A stretch of DNA of 63,731 nucleotides, filler included. It is 18 parts of 18 records of this genome, joined end to end, with 100 filler letters (N's around TTAATTAATTAA, not from the genome) between each part and the next. Parts side by side here need not be neighbours in the genome. Positions count along the whole stretch, not along the records: positions 33,055 to 37,192 come from SRR11831580_1680; positions 37,293 to 39,953 come from SRR11831580_1684; positions 40,054 to 42,265 come from SRR11831580_1690; positions 42,366 to 45,200 come from SRR11831580_1695; positions 45,301 to 47,327 come from SRR11831580_1700; positions 47,428 to 50,263 come from SRR11831580_1708; 12 more parts are not named here. One strand, 5' to 3'. The notes beneath the pieces are model-generated. The model ran no database searches. It was given only the letters and a program-made list of their open reading frames with translations, and was not told the origin of the DNA. The stretch's first letter is position 1; every line of letters starts with the position of its first letter. The translations under genes and the position numbers were made by a program. Of the stretch, positions 33,157-48,210 are shown in pieces.

Positions 33157-33347
33157 GCGTTGTCCCCAGTGGGGATGTGACGAAGTTCAAGGGCGCATCT
33201 ACTGATGTGCCTTTTTTATTTGTATTCGGTGACTTTCTGCGTCTTGTGGGCTGACAATTGCCCCCGTTTCTTGTCACAATAGGCCTTTGCGCGCATCGAT
33301 ACGTTGCGTGAGGTACACAGTCATCTACAGCGGAGTGTTGTTACACC

Positions 33348-35801
<2,454 letters not shown>

Positions 35802-35835
35802 TGTACTTATAACAACAACGTAAGGTTATTGCGCT

Positions 35836-36234
35836 ATGCAAACACAAATCAAAGTTCGTGGATATCATCTCGACGTTTACCAGCACGTCAACAACGCCCG
35901 CTACCTTGAATTTCTCGAAGAAGCCCGCTGGGATGGGTTGGAAAATAGCGACAGTTTTCAGTGGATGACGGCCCATAACATCGCCTTCGTCGTGGTCAAT
36001 ATCAATATTAACTATCGTCGCCCAGCGGTATTAAGTGACCTGTTAACTATTACCAGTCAGTTGCAGCAATTAAACGGTAAAAGCGGCATCTTAAGCCAGG
36101 TCATTACACTGGAGCCGGAAGGGCAGGTGGTAGCGGATGCGCTTATTACGTTTGTTTGTATTGATCTTAAAACGCAGAAAGCATTAGCTCTGGAAGGGGA
36201 ATTGCGCGAAAAGCTGGAGCAGATGGTTAAGTAA
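35836..36234 (+). CDS. fadM: Long-chain acyl-CoA thioesterase III
   Basis: 132 aa, DVYQHVNNARY hot-dog fold motif. Confidence 0.95.
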   Translation: MQTQIKVRGYHLDVYQHVNNARYLEFLEEARWDGLENSDSFQWMTAHNIAFVVVNININYRRPAVLSDLLTITSQLQQLNGKSGILSQVITLEPEGQVVADALITFVCIDLKTQKALALEGELREKLEQMVK

Positions 36235-36245
36235 ACGTTTTGTGG

Positions 36246-36271
36246 TGCCGGATGCTCAAGCCGCATCCGGC
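36246..36271. repeat. REP-like palindrome between fadM and queC
   Basis: GCCGGATGC-tcaagcc-GCATCCGGC. Confidence 0.75.
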
Positions 36272-36285
36272 GACACCCGGAATAA

Positions 36286-36981
36286 TTACCTCAACCCGGT
36301 TTTCTGCTTCATCGCTGCCATCACCGTCGGTTTATCGGCCAGATAATGATTCAAACCGTTGGCGCGTAAATTACATGCCGCACAATGACCGCAACCGTCG
36401 CCTTTAAAGCCGTTATAGCAGGTCAACGTTTCGTTACGGACTAAATCCAGTTTGCCGTAATAATCTGCCAGCGCCCAGGTTTCCGCTTTATCAATCCACA
36501 TCAGCGGCGTTTCAAAACGAATATCTTTCGCCATGCCCAAACTGACGGCATGGTTTAGTGCTTTCACAAACTCATCGCGGCAATCCGGGTAGCCGGAGAA
36601 ATCCGTTTCGCAGACGCCAGTAATTACGGCTTCTGCTTTTACCTGATACGCATATATTGCCGCCAGCGTCAGGAACAAAATATTACGCCCTGGGACAAAC
36701 GTATTCGGGATACCATCGGCTTCAGGTTCATAATCAGGCACCGGAATGCTGTCACGCGTCAGGCTACTGACCGCCAGCTCGTTGAGCAGGGTGACATCCA
36801 GCACCTTATGCGCGCGTGCCCCCAGTTTCAGCGCCAGTTCGCGTGCCACGTCGATTTCTGCGCGATGCCGCTGACCGTAATCGAACGTCACGCAATGGAC
36901 TTCATCATATTGTTGTAATGCCTGCACCAGACAGGTGGTGGAATCCTGACCTCCACTGAACACAACGACAGCACGTTTCAT
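36286..36981 (-). CDS. queC: 7-cyano-7-deazaguanine synthase
   Basis: 231 aa, SGGQDS, YPDCR, CGHCAAC. Confidence 0.98.
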   Translation of the reverse strand: MKRAVVVFSGGQDSTTCLVQALQQYDEVHCVTFDYGQRHRAEIDVARELALKLGARAHKVLDVTLLNELAVSSLTRDSIPVPDYEPEADGIPNTFVPGRNILFLTLAAIYAYQVKAEAVITGVCETDFSGYPDCRDEFVKALNHAVSLGMAKDIRFETPLMWIDKAETWALADYYGKLDLVRNETLTCYNGFKGDGCGHCAACNLRANGLNHYLADKPTVMAAMKQKTGLR

Positions 36982-37045
36982 AGATAATCCTGCTTGAACA
37001 ATAAAAGCGTTATGGTAACGCCTGCGATTAACCCGGACCAGCTAT

Positions 37046-37192
37046 TCATTGCGATGGCGCGGGAAGCCAGGCTTCGGTAAATTCAAACCAGCCGCGCGGT
37101 GTCAGTCGCACACCGTTCACGCCGGGAGGGGCACTAATGCGATAGTGATAGTTGAACAGCGGCGTCAGCGTCGCATCTGTCATTAACTGGCT
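37046..37192 (-). CDS. ybaE: SgrR-family protein, 3' end
   Basis: Reverse strand ends LTPRGWFEFTEAWLPAPSQ*; upstream of queC. Confidence 0.85.
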   Translation of the reverse strand, partial: SQLMTDATLTPLFNYHYRISAPPGVNGVRLTPRGWFEFTEAWLPAPSQ

Positions 37193-37292
37193 NNNNNNNN
37201 NNNNNNNNNNNNNNNNNNNNNNNNNNNNNNNNNNNNTTAATTAATTAANNNNNNNNNNNNNNNNNNNNNNNNNNNNNNNNNNNNNNNNNNNN

Positions 37293-39142
37293 GGGTTCCC
37301 GTGATGAGCAGGCGGTGCTGCGAGCTGTAGAGGCGCAGGACCTGGGCCAGCACAGACTCCTCGTTCTTGATGCGGTGCGCCTCGTCAATGATCATGTAGC
37401 GCCAGCGGATCTTCTTGAGGGCCGCTGCACCGCAGTTAGCACACGTACATAGAAAACACACACCAAAACACACACAGGTCGCAGCATACACAGGGACGCA
37501 CCTTTCTCGCGGATACAGACTTCGTATGTGGTGACACACACATCAAACTTCCCCGGTGCAATGATCTCCTTCACGATCTTCGTCTGCGCGCACATGTGAG
37601 AAACACAACTCATTCCCTCTCACACTCACGGCGACACATACACACATAAACAGTCAGCAACACGTACGCGCGTCTCCTGGTTTCCATGGAATTTGACCGC
37701 CCGGATGGAGGGGCACCACATATCGATCTCGCGCATCCAGTTGCCGATGGTGGACTTGGGCGCAATGACCTGCCCCGCACACATGCTGTCAGGACGTACA
37801 CACAGCATAGCCGCGGGGGACAGCAGCGAGGAAGAAACATGCGACAGCAGGGCAAAGAAGGAGCATGGAGGAACATGAGAGACATGGAGACGCACCAGGT
37901 GTGGGCCACGGACCCCACGGAACTGTTTGAGATACCCCAGCAGGGAGATGGTCTGCATCGTCTTGCCCAGACCCTGCACACACACGCACACTCAGAACAT
38001 GCACGACAAACACACTAAGGGACGTCCCAGCACAGACCACAGACGCAACATACACACACGCAGAGAGAGAGAGACCCACCGGCACAACACACACACGCCC
38101 ATGCAGGACGCACCATCTCGTCGGCAAGGATGCCGTTGATGCCTGTCTCGTAGAGGCGCACCAGCCAGTTGAGGCCGTCCAGCTGGTACCCGCGCATGTT
38201 GCCGCGGATGCACGAGGGCTGCACGGTGAGACGGGTCGCCTGTGTGCGGTGGCTGTCGTCCTGTGGGGGAGGGCGGTGAGCAGCGCAGGCATGCACGAAT
38301 AGATACACGCATGGAGTCAACCAACTGATTCAATACGGCATGCGGAATGCACAGCACGATGCATCTACGACGTGGTAGATGCGTCGCGCGACGATACACG
38401 CCGTTCACGTTCTCACATATGCCCCACTGGCACACACGGACTGCCACTCCACTCACCCACTATGCTCACACACGCACCGCATCCATCTCGTCGTGCAGCA
38501 TCCTGTCGTCTTCCTCGCGTTCCGTGACACGATGCCGCGACTTCTGGCGCTCACTACACAGCAGACAGCACATGAGATCGTGCGACGCACATCACACACA
38601 GAGAAGGATGCCAGAATAACGTACCGCTTCTTCTTCGCAGGTGTAGTGGGCGGCTCGCCCTGTCCCTGCGCCATGATACTCGCATACACATCGGTCTCCA
38701 TCAGCAGCTTCTTCAGCTCCACTTTCGCAGGGTTCTCGTTGTTGGTCTGGCACAGATGAGAACGCTGAAAACAACACTCACCAGAACACACCGCTGCCTC
38801 TTCGTCGAGCTGCTGCTTGAGAGCCTTCAAAGCCAACGCACGCTTCTTCTTGAGCTCCGCCAGCTGAGTGCGATCTTCTTCCTGCAATGGTTTTCACGTT
38901 TACTCAGAGTCGCATCATACGCGAACGCGTTACATCACCTCTTTAGTGGCAAGGGCGTGCTGTGATTGTTCCTGATCCGACTCGTCGATACTTTTCCCAT
39001 CCGAGTCATCCTGTGTGCCTGTGACTTGAATGCCTTCATCCTCTCCACCTTCTTCTATCTCATCCAACTCTTGCTGCGTCGTCTCACTTGAGACACTCGA
39101 ATCGAGATCGTCATCGGTAACGCGCTGTGATCCACGACTCAT
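37293..39142 (-). CDS. Eukaryotic ISWI/SNF2-family chromatin remodeller, 5' part, multi-exon
   Basis: Spliced: acidic N-terminus, [78 protein letters not shown]. Confidence 0.93.
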
Positions 39143-39465
39143 CGTGGAAAAGAACGATGCTATATCGATGGAAACACCAAATACAGCTGCGAACCGCACG
39201 GAAAAAAGGAATTGAGTCCGAGTGCAACACATGCAAGCCCTACCACGAGCCAGAGTTTGCATCCTCACAAAAAGTCTGACAGGCTACGGGAAGCTTGTGC
39301 TGTGTTCTATCGGTGCGATACGCTCAAGACGGGAGACCGAACACACCACCCGCCACGAACACGCGCCACCCGTGAGTCCACCGCGTTCCCCCATCCTCAT
39401 TTACTTCGCGATAATGCACGTATATAGCACTAGCTCACTACGATCGGCAGGGCATGTGCGCGAGG

Positions 39466-39894
39466 CTACGACTCGTCTGCCTGTCCGTCAAGGTCCACGG
39501 CTGGCGTGTGAGACTGTTGCCGTAGCAGCTGGAGAAACCGCTTGCCAAACAGGTACGCATCCCCGGGCCACCTATCAACACGCACTCAGCTCCTCGCCTT
39601 GATGTATAGACCATACGATATTCAACATAGGTTTGTGACACACATAACATCCGCGCAGACCGTACCGTGCGGACAGATAATTCCCGTCGTCGAACACAAA
39701 GGCCGGCTCGTCGTTGTAGAAGGAGCCCCGTGATCCTGCCCGCATCACATGCGCATACAGTCAGTGTCAGCGGTAGGAGCTACTTCACAGTAACTACATA
39801 TATGCAGCTAACACGCACCTAGCGTCGTGGGTCCCTCCGCAAATTGCAAATCGGCATTTGCCAAAAACGATTTCACTTCGTCCGCACAGTGCAT
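39466..39894 (-). CDS. Eukaryotic DJ-1/PfpI (class I GATase-like) gene, last three exons
   Basis: Exons 39894-39819, 39735-39666, 39571-39466 splice to ...FAEGPTTLGSRGSFYNDEPAFVFDDGNYLSARWPGDAYLFGKRFLQLL...ES*. Confidence 0.8.
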
Positions 39895-40070
39895 CTGCAC
39901 GCAATACCATCAACCTCCGAGACAGAAACCAAAGATCAACTCCCTGATGCCCGNNNNNNNNNNNNNNNNNNNNNNNNNNNNNNNNNNNNNNNNNNNNTTA
40001 ATTAATTAANNNNNNNNNNNNNNNNNNNNNNNNNNNNNNNNNNNNNNNNNNNNAAAACAGGGGGCAAGGG

Positions 40071-41918
40071 ATGTTGCTTAATATGATGTGTGGTCGTCAG
40101 CTGTCGGCAATCAGTTTGTGCCTGGCCGTAACATTCGCTCCACTGTTCAATGCGCAGGCCGATGAGCCTGAAGTAATCCCTGGCGACAGCCCGGTGGCTG
40201 TCAGTGAACAGGGCGAGGCACTGCCGCAGGCGCAAGCCACGGCAATAATGGCGGGGATCCAGCCATTGCCTGAAGGTGCGGCAGAAAAAGCCCGCACGCA
40301 AATCGAATCTCAATTACCCGCAGGTTACAAGCCGGTTTATCTTAACCAGCTTCAACTGTTGTATGCCGCACGCGATATGCAACCCATGTGGGAAAACCGT
40401 GATGCTGTTAAAGCCTTCCAGCAACAGCTGGCAGAGGTGGCGATTGCCGGTTTCCAGCCGCAGTTTAATAAATGGGTAGAGTTACTGACCGATCCTGGTG
40501 TTAACGGGATGGCACGCGACGTGGTGCTCTCTGATGCGATGATGGGCTATCTCCATTTCATTGCAAATATTCCGGTCAAAGGCACTCGCTGGCTATATAG
40601 CAGTAAACCTTATGCACTTGCAACGCCGCCGCTCTCGGTGATTAACCAATGGCAGCTGGCGCTGGATAAAGGTCAATTGCCTACGTTTGTTGCAGGACTG
40701 GCACCGCAGCATCCGCAATATGCGGCGATGCATGAATCGTTACTGGCCTTACTCTGTGACACCAAACCGTGGCCCCAACTGACCGGCAAAGCAACGTTGC
40801 GCCCAGGGCAGTGGAGTAACGACGTACCGGCGTTGCGCGAAATATTGCAACGCACAGGCATGTTGGACGGGGGGCCGAAAATTACTCTACCTGGCGATGA
40901 CACGCCAACTGACGCGGTAGTCAGCCCATCCGCTGTTACTGTTGAAACAGCAGAAACTAAGCCGATGGATAAGCAAACGACGTCTCGTAGTAAACCTGCG
41001 CCTGCCGTTCGCGCCGCCTACGATAATGAACTGGTGGAAGCCGTTAAACGTTTTCAGGCATGGCAAGGATTGGGGGCAGATGGTGCTATTGGCCCGGCAA
41101 CACGTGACTGGTTAAACGTAACGCCCGCCCAGCGTGCTGGTGTGTTGGCTCTCAACATCCAGCGATTGCGCTTGCTGCCAACAGAGCTTTCTACCGGGAT
41201 CATGGTTAACATTCCGGCCTATTCGCTGGTCTACTATCAGAACGGCAATCAGGTGCTGGATTCGCGAGTCATTGTCGGTCGCCCCGATCGCAAAACGCCG
41301 ATGATGAGCAGTGCCCTTAACAACGTAGTGGTAAACCCGCCGTGGAACGTACCTCCAACTCTGGCACGCAAAGATATTCTGCCAAAAGTGCGCAACGATC
41401 CGGGATATCTCGAAAGCCATGGCTATACGGTGATGCGCGGCTGGAACAGCAGAGAAGCGATTGACCCATGGCAGGTTGACTGGTCTACAATCACGGCCTC
41501 GAATTTACCGTTCCGCTTCCAGCAGGCTCCAGGCCCACGGAACTCGCTGGGGCGCTATAAATTCAATATGCCGAGTTCAGAGGCCATTTATTTGCATGAC
41601 ACGCCGAACCACAATCTGTTCAAGCGTGATACACGCGCATTGAGCTCAGGCTGTGTACGAGTGAATAAAGCTTCCGATCTGGCGAATATGCTGTTGCAGG
41701 ATGCAGGCTGGAATGACAAACGTATTTCTGATGCGCTGAAGCAGGGTGATACACGTTACGTCAATATTCGGCAGTCGATTCCGGTGAATCTCTACTACCT
41801 GACGGCCTTTGTTGGTGCAGATGGTCGTACCCAGTATCGTACAGATATTTACAATTATGATCTGCCTGCGCGATCCAGCTCGCAAATCGTATCGAAAGCG
41901 GAACAATTAATCAGGTAA
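40071..41918 (+). CDS. ldtD: L,D-transpeptidase
   Basis: 615 aa, IYLHDTP...SSGCVRV. Confidence 0.97.
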
Positions 41919-42098
41919 ATGAAGTAGTTCGGGGAAATCAGTTGTCGTAATAATTAGCATGATTGGGGGCGATTCTCTGCAGCCCCCGTCACTGCTGGGG
42001 TTGAGTCATCTTGACGTCTGCTTTACGGGCGGTTAAGGTGCCTCTTGTGCGCCAGAAGTGCATATAAACGATAACATTGACCTGTAGACTTGATTATC

Positions 42099-42265
42099 AT
42101 GGACAAATTCGACGCTAATCGCCGCAAATTGCTGGCGCTTGGTGGCGTTGCACTCGGTGCCGCCATCCTGCCGACCCCTGCGTTTGCAACACTCTCTACC
42201 CCACGCCCGCGCATTTTGACACTCAATAATCTTCATACCGGAGAGTCAATCAAAGCGGAGTTTTT
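42099..42265 (+). CDS. mepK: Peptidoglycan endopeptidase (ycbK), 5' part
   Basis: MDKFDANRRKLLALGG Tat signal, NLHTGES. Confidence 0.93.
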
Positions 42266-42365
42266 NNNNNNNNNNNNNNNNNNNNNNNNNNNNNNNNNNN
42301 NNNNNNNNNTTAATTAATTAANNNNNNNNNNNNNNNNNNNNNNNNNNNNNNNNNNNNNNNNNNNN

Positions 42366-43078
42366 GCCAGGCCGTTCACACTGCAAAGACACATCAGTGA
42401 TCATGCATACGCACACACAATGAGGGAACGACTGTAGACGGATAAAGAACAAGCAACATGCAAACATGCGCATTAAAGCACAGTAACGTACCCACGAATG
42501 CGGGTGACAAAGACGAGGCGAGGCTCGGGCTCTGCGTAGAAGTTGCCCTGAGCGCGAGCTTGGCGTTTAAGCTGAACAAGCTGCTTCTCCTTCCGGCGGT
42601 ACTCAGTGACGTACTGCTCAGCGCGCTACGAACGGAGACAAATGAGCAACCGAAACAACAAGCGCGACGACGGACATACCTTGAAGATAACCTGGCGCTT
42701 CTTCTTGGCAGCCTAATTGTTTCAAAAAAGCACATAAGCGACCAGTCATGCAGCACACAACCGACCACAACTTACCTGAATGTCGTGGGACAGCTGAGAT
42801 GCTCGCTGTTCCTTGACCTTCTTTTGAGCGGCTCGCTTCTTGAGGAGAGTCTCGGGGACACTACCAACACACAAAAATGCACATGAGCCAAACGTTCAAA
42901 CTCAAACTTACGGTCCATATGACTGCATTAAACGACGCCAAGACGCAAACAGGCCACAAACACTCAGCGATCACAAAGGCACCACATGGGACCGACATCG
43001 AAATCAACATCTCCAAACACAGGAGCAAGCACTGAACGAGCAGCAACAACACGGTATGTACCGGGCAGCGGTCGACAT
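42366..43078 (-). CDS. RPL7: Eukaryotic 60S ribosomal protein L7 (uL30), 5' part, five exons
   Basis: Exons 43078-43062, 42860-42776, 42712-42680, 42625-42492, 42380-42366 give MSTAARVPETLLKKR...VIFKRAEQYVTEYRRKEKQLVQLKRQARAQGNFYAEPEPRLVFVTRIRGVNGL. Confidence 0.93.
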
Positions 43079-43285
43079 TCTATGCAGCGCCGTAAACGTA
43101 AAAGGACCGAACTCCAGTGCGGATGCCTGTTTATGCGGGGTGGCCAGTAACGCAATTCGCGGGCAGTGGCTTCTTCGGGTGTCGCGTGCTATTGCAAGCA
43201 GTGGCGACTACCCCAACATTTGATCTCAAGCCTTCTGATTGGTGCGGTACACGGTACACAGTATGAACACAGTCTGCGAAATCCA

Positions 43286-45184
43286 ATGAGCTTCAACCGC
43301 TACATATTCAGCAGCAACGACATTCACTCACAAGCTGACACGCTCTCGCAATCACAAACAGGGATGATGGGCGCACGGCCGGCTATTGAGTACTCAAACG
43401 GTGCTGCAAAGCGCGTGAATCACAATGTACGAGTGCTCTTGCTAATTTTCCATCGTTTTCAAGTTATTTCAAGTTGTTCCACCAGTACATGTCCCGCCCA
43501 TCCTCACTGAAATGCACAGGATATGGGAGGGTGTTCCCGATTTTCTCAGCCCCAGCACAATGTGCCCGCGTACCAGCCGGGGGGAAGCTACCCAACATCG
43601 GCACCGGGGAGTGAATCGCAATTGCCGTCGCAGAGTGGATCCGATCACGCCGCCCCTGTGCAGAAGATCACGGAGCTCTTGCTGGTGACCAGTAAGCTGC
43701 ACCATTTGCGTGTCGCATTGGAAGGTACGCCTGGGACTCGATTCACCAGTACTGCTGTTGTGGAGATCTCACCCGATCTCCACGAACAACCGTAGCTATG
43801 AACACCCTAGATGTAACACAGTAACGCTAAGCGGTTATCCAAGTGTTAAACGCCCAAAATATTAGTGTCGTTCCGCAGATCTCTTCTCATCTGTGATCTC
43901 TGTGTGTGTGCTCGCAGAGAACTCCATACGCACGCTCGAGACAGACCGCAGAATAGACGCACACACCGCCACACTTCGTGATCTCACCTCCAGCCTACAA
44001 CAACTGATGGTCAATGTAACCAACTTGTCACAACGAGTGGACGGCTACTCGATCGATATCGCACCGATCCAGGACGCTATGCGCGCAGGCACCGAATCTA
44101 CGGCACAGCGTGTCGAGAAGCATGTCACTCAGGCGGTGCGACAAGCTCTGACAGAGATCGTGCCCGTGATTGTGAGAGAGGAGCTGCGCGATGTGCGATC
44201 GTTTACGGACACGGTATGTGGGGGCGGTGTGTGTGAAACACATTTGTTGATCCACGTACAAGCTAGCGGCAATTGAGAGCACTCGAACATCTACACCTTG
44301 TTAAACGCACTCTCACTAGTTGTCGCTATGATATGTATGCGCAGTGCAAGAATTGCATGTTACACACACACTGTTCTCGTCCCCTTATATCGACATACAC
44401 CGTACAACTTACATTTGTGCCTATACATGGGTGTGTATATGGGTGTGCGCCGATGAAGGTTCATCAAGTAGTGGGCAACTTGACACGCGTGGTGGAAGCC
44501 CAGCACACACTGCAACAATCCACACTGCGCGTGCTCGAACAGGTTCGTGTTTGTGTCCCCTCATACGATCGTGTTGGTGAGAGGCCGTCTATCAAGGTGT
44601 GTGTGCGTGTGTTTGTTGGTGTCATATGTAGACAACATGAGAGAGTAACAATCGGTGCGGATCGTGCATGCTGATATGGGGTGTGTTGTTGGTTGCTGCT
44701 TTGCTAGAGATTCGATGACATGCACACAGCCCAACAGCAAACCCACAGCCTCCTACTGAACATCCTCGCAACCCACAACAACACCTCTAGCGCTCCTGTA
44801 CCCCTTATGCACACAGCCAACGCGGCGCACAACATTACCACCGCCGTCCCTGTGAGTGAACCTGACACACAACCCATCCCAACACATACCATCTCGCATC
44901 ACCACAGCTCTGCGGATGCGCCAACCACCACCACAGCCACAAGCATCACTGCCACCGTCGTTCACGCAGAACAGGAACCTAATACTGACACAGCACAAAG
45001 TGACTCACGGCTGTCTCGTCGGCGAACTGACAAGAACAGAAGCAAGGGTGCGCGTGTTGCCAGTCAAGCACGGAAGCAGACACACTCTCGGCAAACTGAC
45101 ACACAGAGCACCACCATTACGACCCCCGTCACAACAGAGACCCCGCCGTGCCCTGCAACTGGCCCTCGTCGCCAGCGCTGGTGA
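43286..45184 (+). CDS. Eukaryotic multi-exon gene: S/Q-rich N-terminus, coiled coil, Thr/His-rich tail
   Basis: Exon-like blocks MSFNRYIFSS, FSQPQHNV...LRVALE, NSIRTLETDRR...VRSFTDT, VHQVVGNL...VLEQ, RFDDMHT...RRQRW* bounded by GT/AG; first junction ambiguous. Confidence 0.55.
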
Positions 45185-45300
45185 TCAACTTGTCACAAAT
45201 NNNNNNNNNNNNNNNNNNNNNNNNNNNNNNNNNNNNNNNNNNNNTTAATTAATTAANNNNNNNNNNNNNNNNNNNNNNNNNNNNNNNNNNNNNNNNNNNN

Positions 45301-46527
45301 GACTGATGAAACACGGGGTCGATGTCAGGGTCGATATCCATCAGACACTCGTCCGTGATGCAGTCGAGCACGGAGAGCCGGCCGTTCACTCTGCACAGGG
45401 AGAGACAGATGCAAGTTGAGTGTGTGTTTTTATGTGTGTATGTGCGCGCGTGCGTGCGGTGAAGTTGTGAGGTTGCGTGTGTAACTCATACACGGATTAC
45501 CCAACACTCTCTCGCACATGACACGTACCCACACATGAGCACACACGAGGACTGCGGCCCAAAGATGGAGCAGTTGACAGCCACCGGCCAGTGCACGGTG
45601 TAGATAGGATCGGGGTCGATGCGCGGCACAGCGTGCGGCTACGATCAGCATGAGCATGCAACACGCACACACACACACACACACACATCCGAACGCAAAG
45701 AATGTACACAAGCACTTGTGGACCATCACCTAAGTGCAGCACCCCTGCATACACACTCACAGGAGCACACACGACAAAACAACCCAGGGACAAGATGAAG
45801 GAAGCAAAGCCATTGTTCGGAGTACCAGCGCTGTTCGCTCAATATATATATACATGTACACATATGTGAGAAAGTACCTGAGCGATGGACTGGTCACACG
45901 CATACACAGACATGGACCCGCTGCTCCCACAACAGCTCACCAGCATCCCGTCGTCCGACCACGCACAATGCCACAACTACACACGCACACACGCACACAC
46001 ATTACAGAAGTTCACGAGGCATCGCCATTGACTCACGCAGTTACTCACAAAGTACTTTTTGCCTTGCATTGCACCTATACATGCTCCCCCAAGCAAAATA
46101 CTCACACACAAGTACTGCACGTACTTCGTTGCCGGATTCAAGGGACTGCAGAGCGGCGTTCGGAAGGGACTCACTGTAGAAGAAGACGGATGAGATCCAT
46201 TCGCAGACTGATTCTTCCATACAAACGTACAGGTTCTGATATACTTGCTTCCAGTTTAGGTTGTCCTGGTTTGTTGCAGGAGCAAAGCGGTCATAGAACA
46301 CACCCTGTGTGTGTTTGACCATCAAGTTTCTCGGCATAACTGGCATACAGCGCTCTACATACCTTCCACAAGAGATTGTCATTGGCGACATCACGCCATC
46401 GGCGGGAAACTTGGGCAGCGCTGCACACTCCCGACGAGGGCAAGTACGAAAATACATGAAGCAGGAGCTCTATTGGCAAGTCATCGATGCAGCAAGCATC
46501 CTCGGTGATCTTCGCACGTTTCGCCAT
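45301..46527 (-). CDS. Eukaryotic F-box/WD40 protein, 5' part, multi-exon
   Basis: IDDLPIELLLHVFSYL...VSRRWRDVANDNLLWK F-box; intron 46305-46362; later exon LWHCAWSDDGMLVSCCGSSGSMSVY is WD40-like. Confidence 0.85.
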
Positions 46528-47427
46528 AAGTAGATGGAGAAACAGGATCGCGCTTGAATGCCTTCACTGTAAGAGCAAGAACTGGAACTGCGCAAATCTG
46601 CTCAGACGTTTTCAGCATGAAACGACGAAACAGACAGCCTTCGATCGAATAGTGCTATCCATCAACACCGTCATCACACCGTGGAAGTTTCCCGTGGTCA
46701 AACATAAACCTGGAGGATTCTATGTTAAGATGTGTCCTAGCATAAACAAAGAGGTGCAGAGCAGAATTTTCTTTTTGATTTCCGTAGGTGTTTGCGACAA
46801 TCGGGTATCTAACAAACACTTCTGTTCAATCGATAGCACGCTAGAGATATCTATGTGCAACCGTGGTGGTTGAATAGGGCTATGCGTTCAACACACGGCC
46901 ACTTATACGGGTCGTATTGCAGCGTGCAGACGTGTGTATCCTCCCGAACCCAGCTCGTAACACCTTACAGCGCCCAGACAGAACAGGAATCACCAACAGA
47001 ACGCATGCACGCCGACATCTGCATAGACCACGAAGACGAGAAACGCAGGGAGGACAATCAGCATACACAGATTCAGACGTAGACAGACACTATTCGTAAA
47101 CAGGTCTACCGCATGTCTGACTGAAATTCGTTCTTCAGTTCATAGCTCTTCCCTAAAGAGTGCAACATACACACAGCACACTACGCTTAAATACACTGCG
47201 ACATAATCGCATAATACACCGCACCGACCGCGGCCGCACCGCTCATCAGATGCACAGGCACGAGACACACAGTCACAGGCAGGGCAGCGGGGGCTGTCCA
47301 CAGGCCGCTCAGATGCAGCACAAGCAGNNNNNNNNNNNNNNNNNNNNNNNNNNNNNNNNNNNNNNNNNNNNTTAATTAATTAANNNNNNNNNNNNNNNNN
47401 NNNNNNNNNNNNNNNNNNNNNNNNNNN

Positions 47428-48210
47428 TGTACGTGAGTTTGCCGAATGGTTTTCACAAAAACGTCCGGCGGCGATGATGATCGGCATCCGTGCGGATGAG
47501 TCCTACAACCGTTTTGTCGCCATCGCCAGTTTAAATAAACAACGTTTTGCCGACGATAAACCCTGGACTACGGCCGCACCAGGCGGTCATAGCTGGTACA
47601 TTTACCCCATTTACGACTGGAAAGTGGCTGATATCTGGACCTGGTATGCAAATCATCAAAGTCTCTGCAACCCACTGTATAACCTAATGTATCAGGCAGG
47701 CGTTCCTCTGCGTCATATGCGAATTTGCGAACCTTTTGGCCCGGAGCAACGACAAGGATTATGGCTCTATCACGTTATCGAACCGGATCGCTGGGCTGCT
47801 ATGTGCGCACGAGTCAGCGGGGTAAAAAGTGGCGGCATTTACGCCGGACATGACAATCATTTCTATGGGCATCGGAAAATCCTCAAGCCAGAACATTTAG
47901 ACTGGCAAGAATATGCATTATTGCTGCTCAATAGCATGCCGGAAAAAACAGCTGAGCATTACCGCAATAAAATCGCCATTTATTTGCACTGGTATCAGAA
48001 AAAAGGCATCGAGGTTCCACAAACCCAGCAAGGGGACATTGGCGCGAAAGATATCCCCTCCTGGCGCGGATATGCAAAGTTTTACTCAATAACGATTACT
48101 GGTGTCGGGCATTATCATTTAGCCCCACAAAATCGAAGAACTATCAGCGTTATAACGAACGGATAAAAGGAAAACGTCAGGAATGGGGGATACTATGCAA
48201 CAACGATTAA
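47428..48210 (+). CDS. ybdN: PAPS-reductase-like/DUF3440 protein, 3' part (1-base deletion near 48066)
   Basis: GIRADES, YPIYDW; shifted frame ends KRQEWGILCNND*. Confidence 0.9.

Noticed and set aside
42861-43061. Intronic snoRNA in RPL7 intron 1
   Set aside because: Only a degenerate C-box-like ATGTTGA and one CTGA; no terminal stem or rRNA guide that I could identify
37237-47375. Many short Cys/Val- or His/Thr-rich ORFs in the eukaryotic contigs
   Set aside because: Translations of TG/CA-rich introns rather than genes
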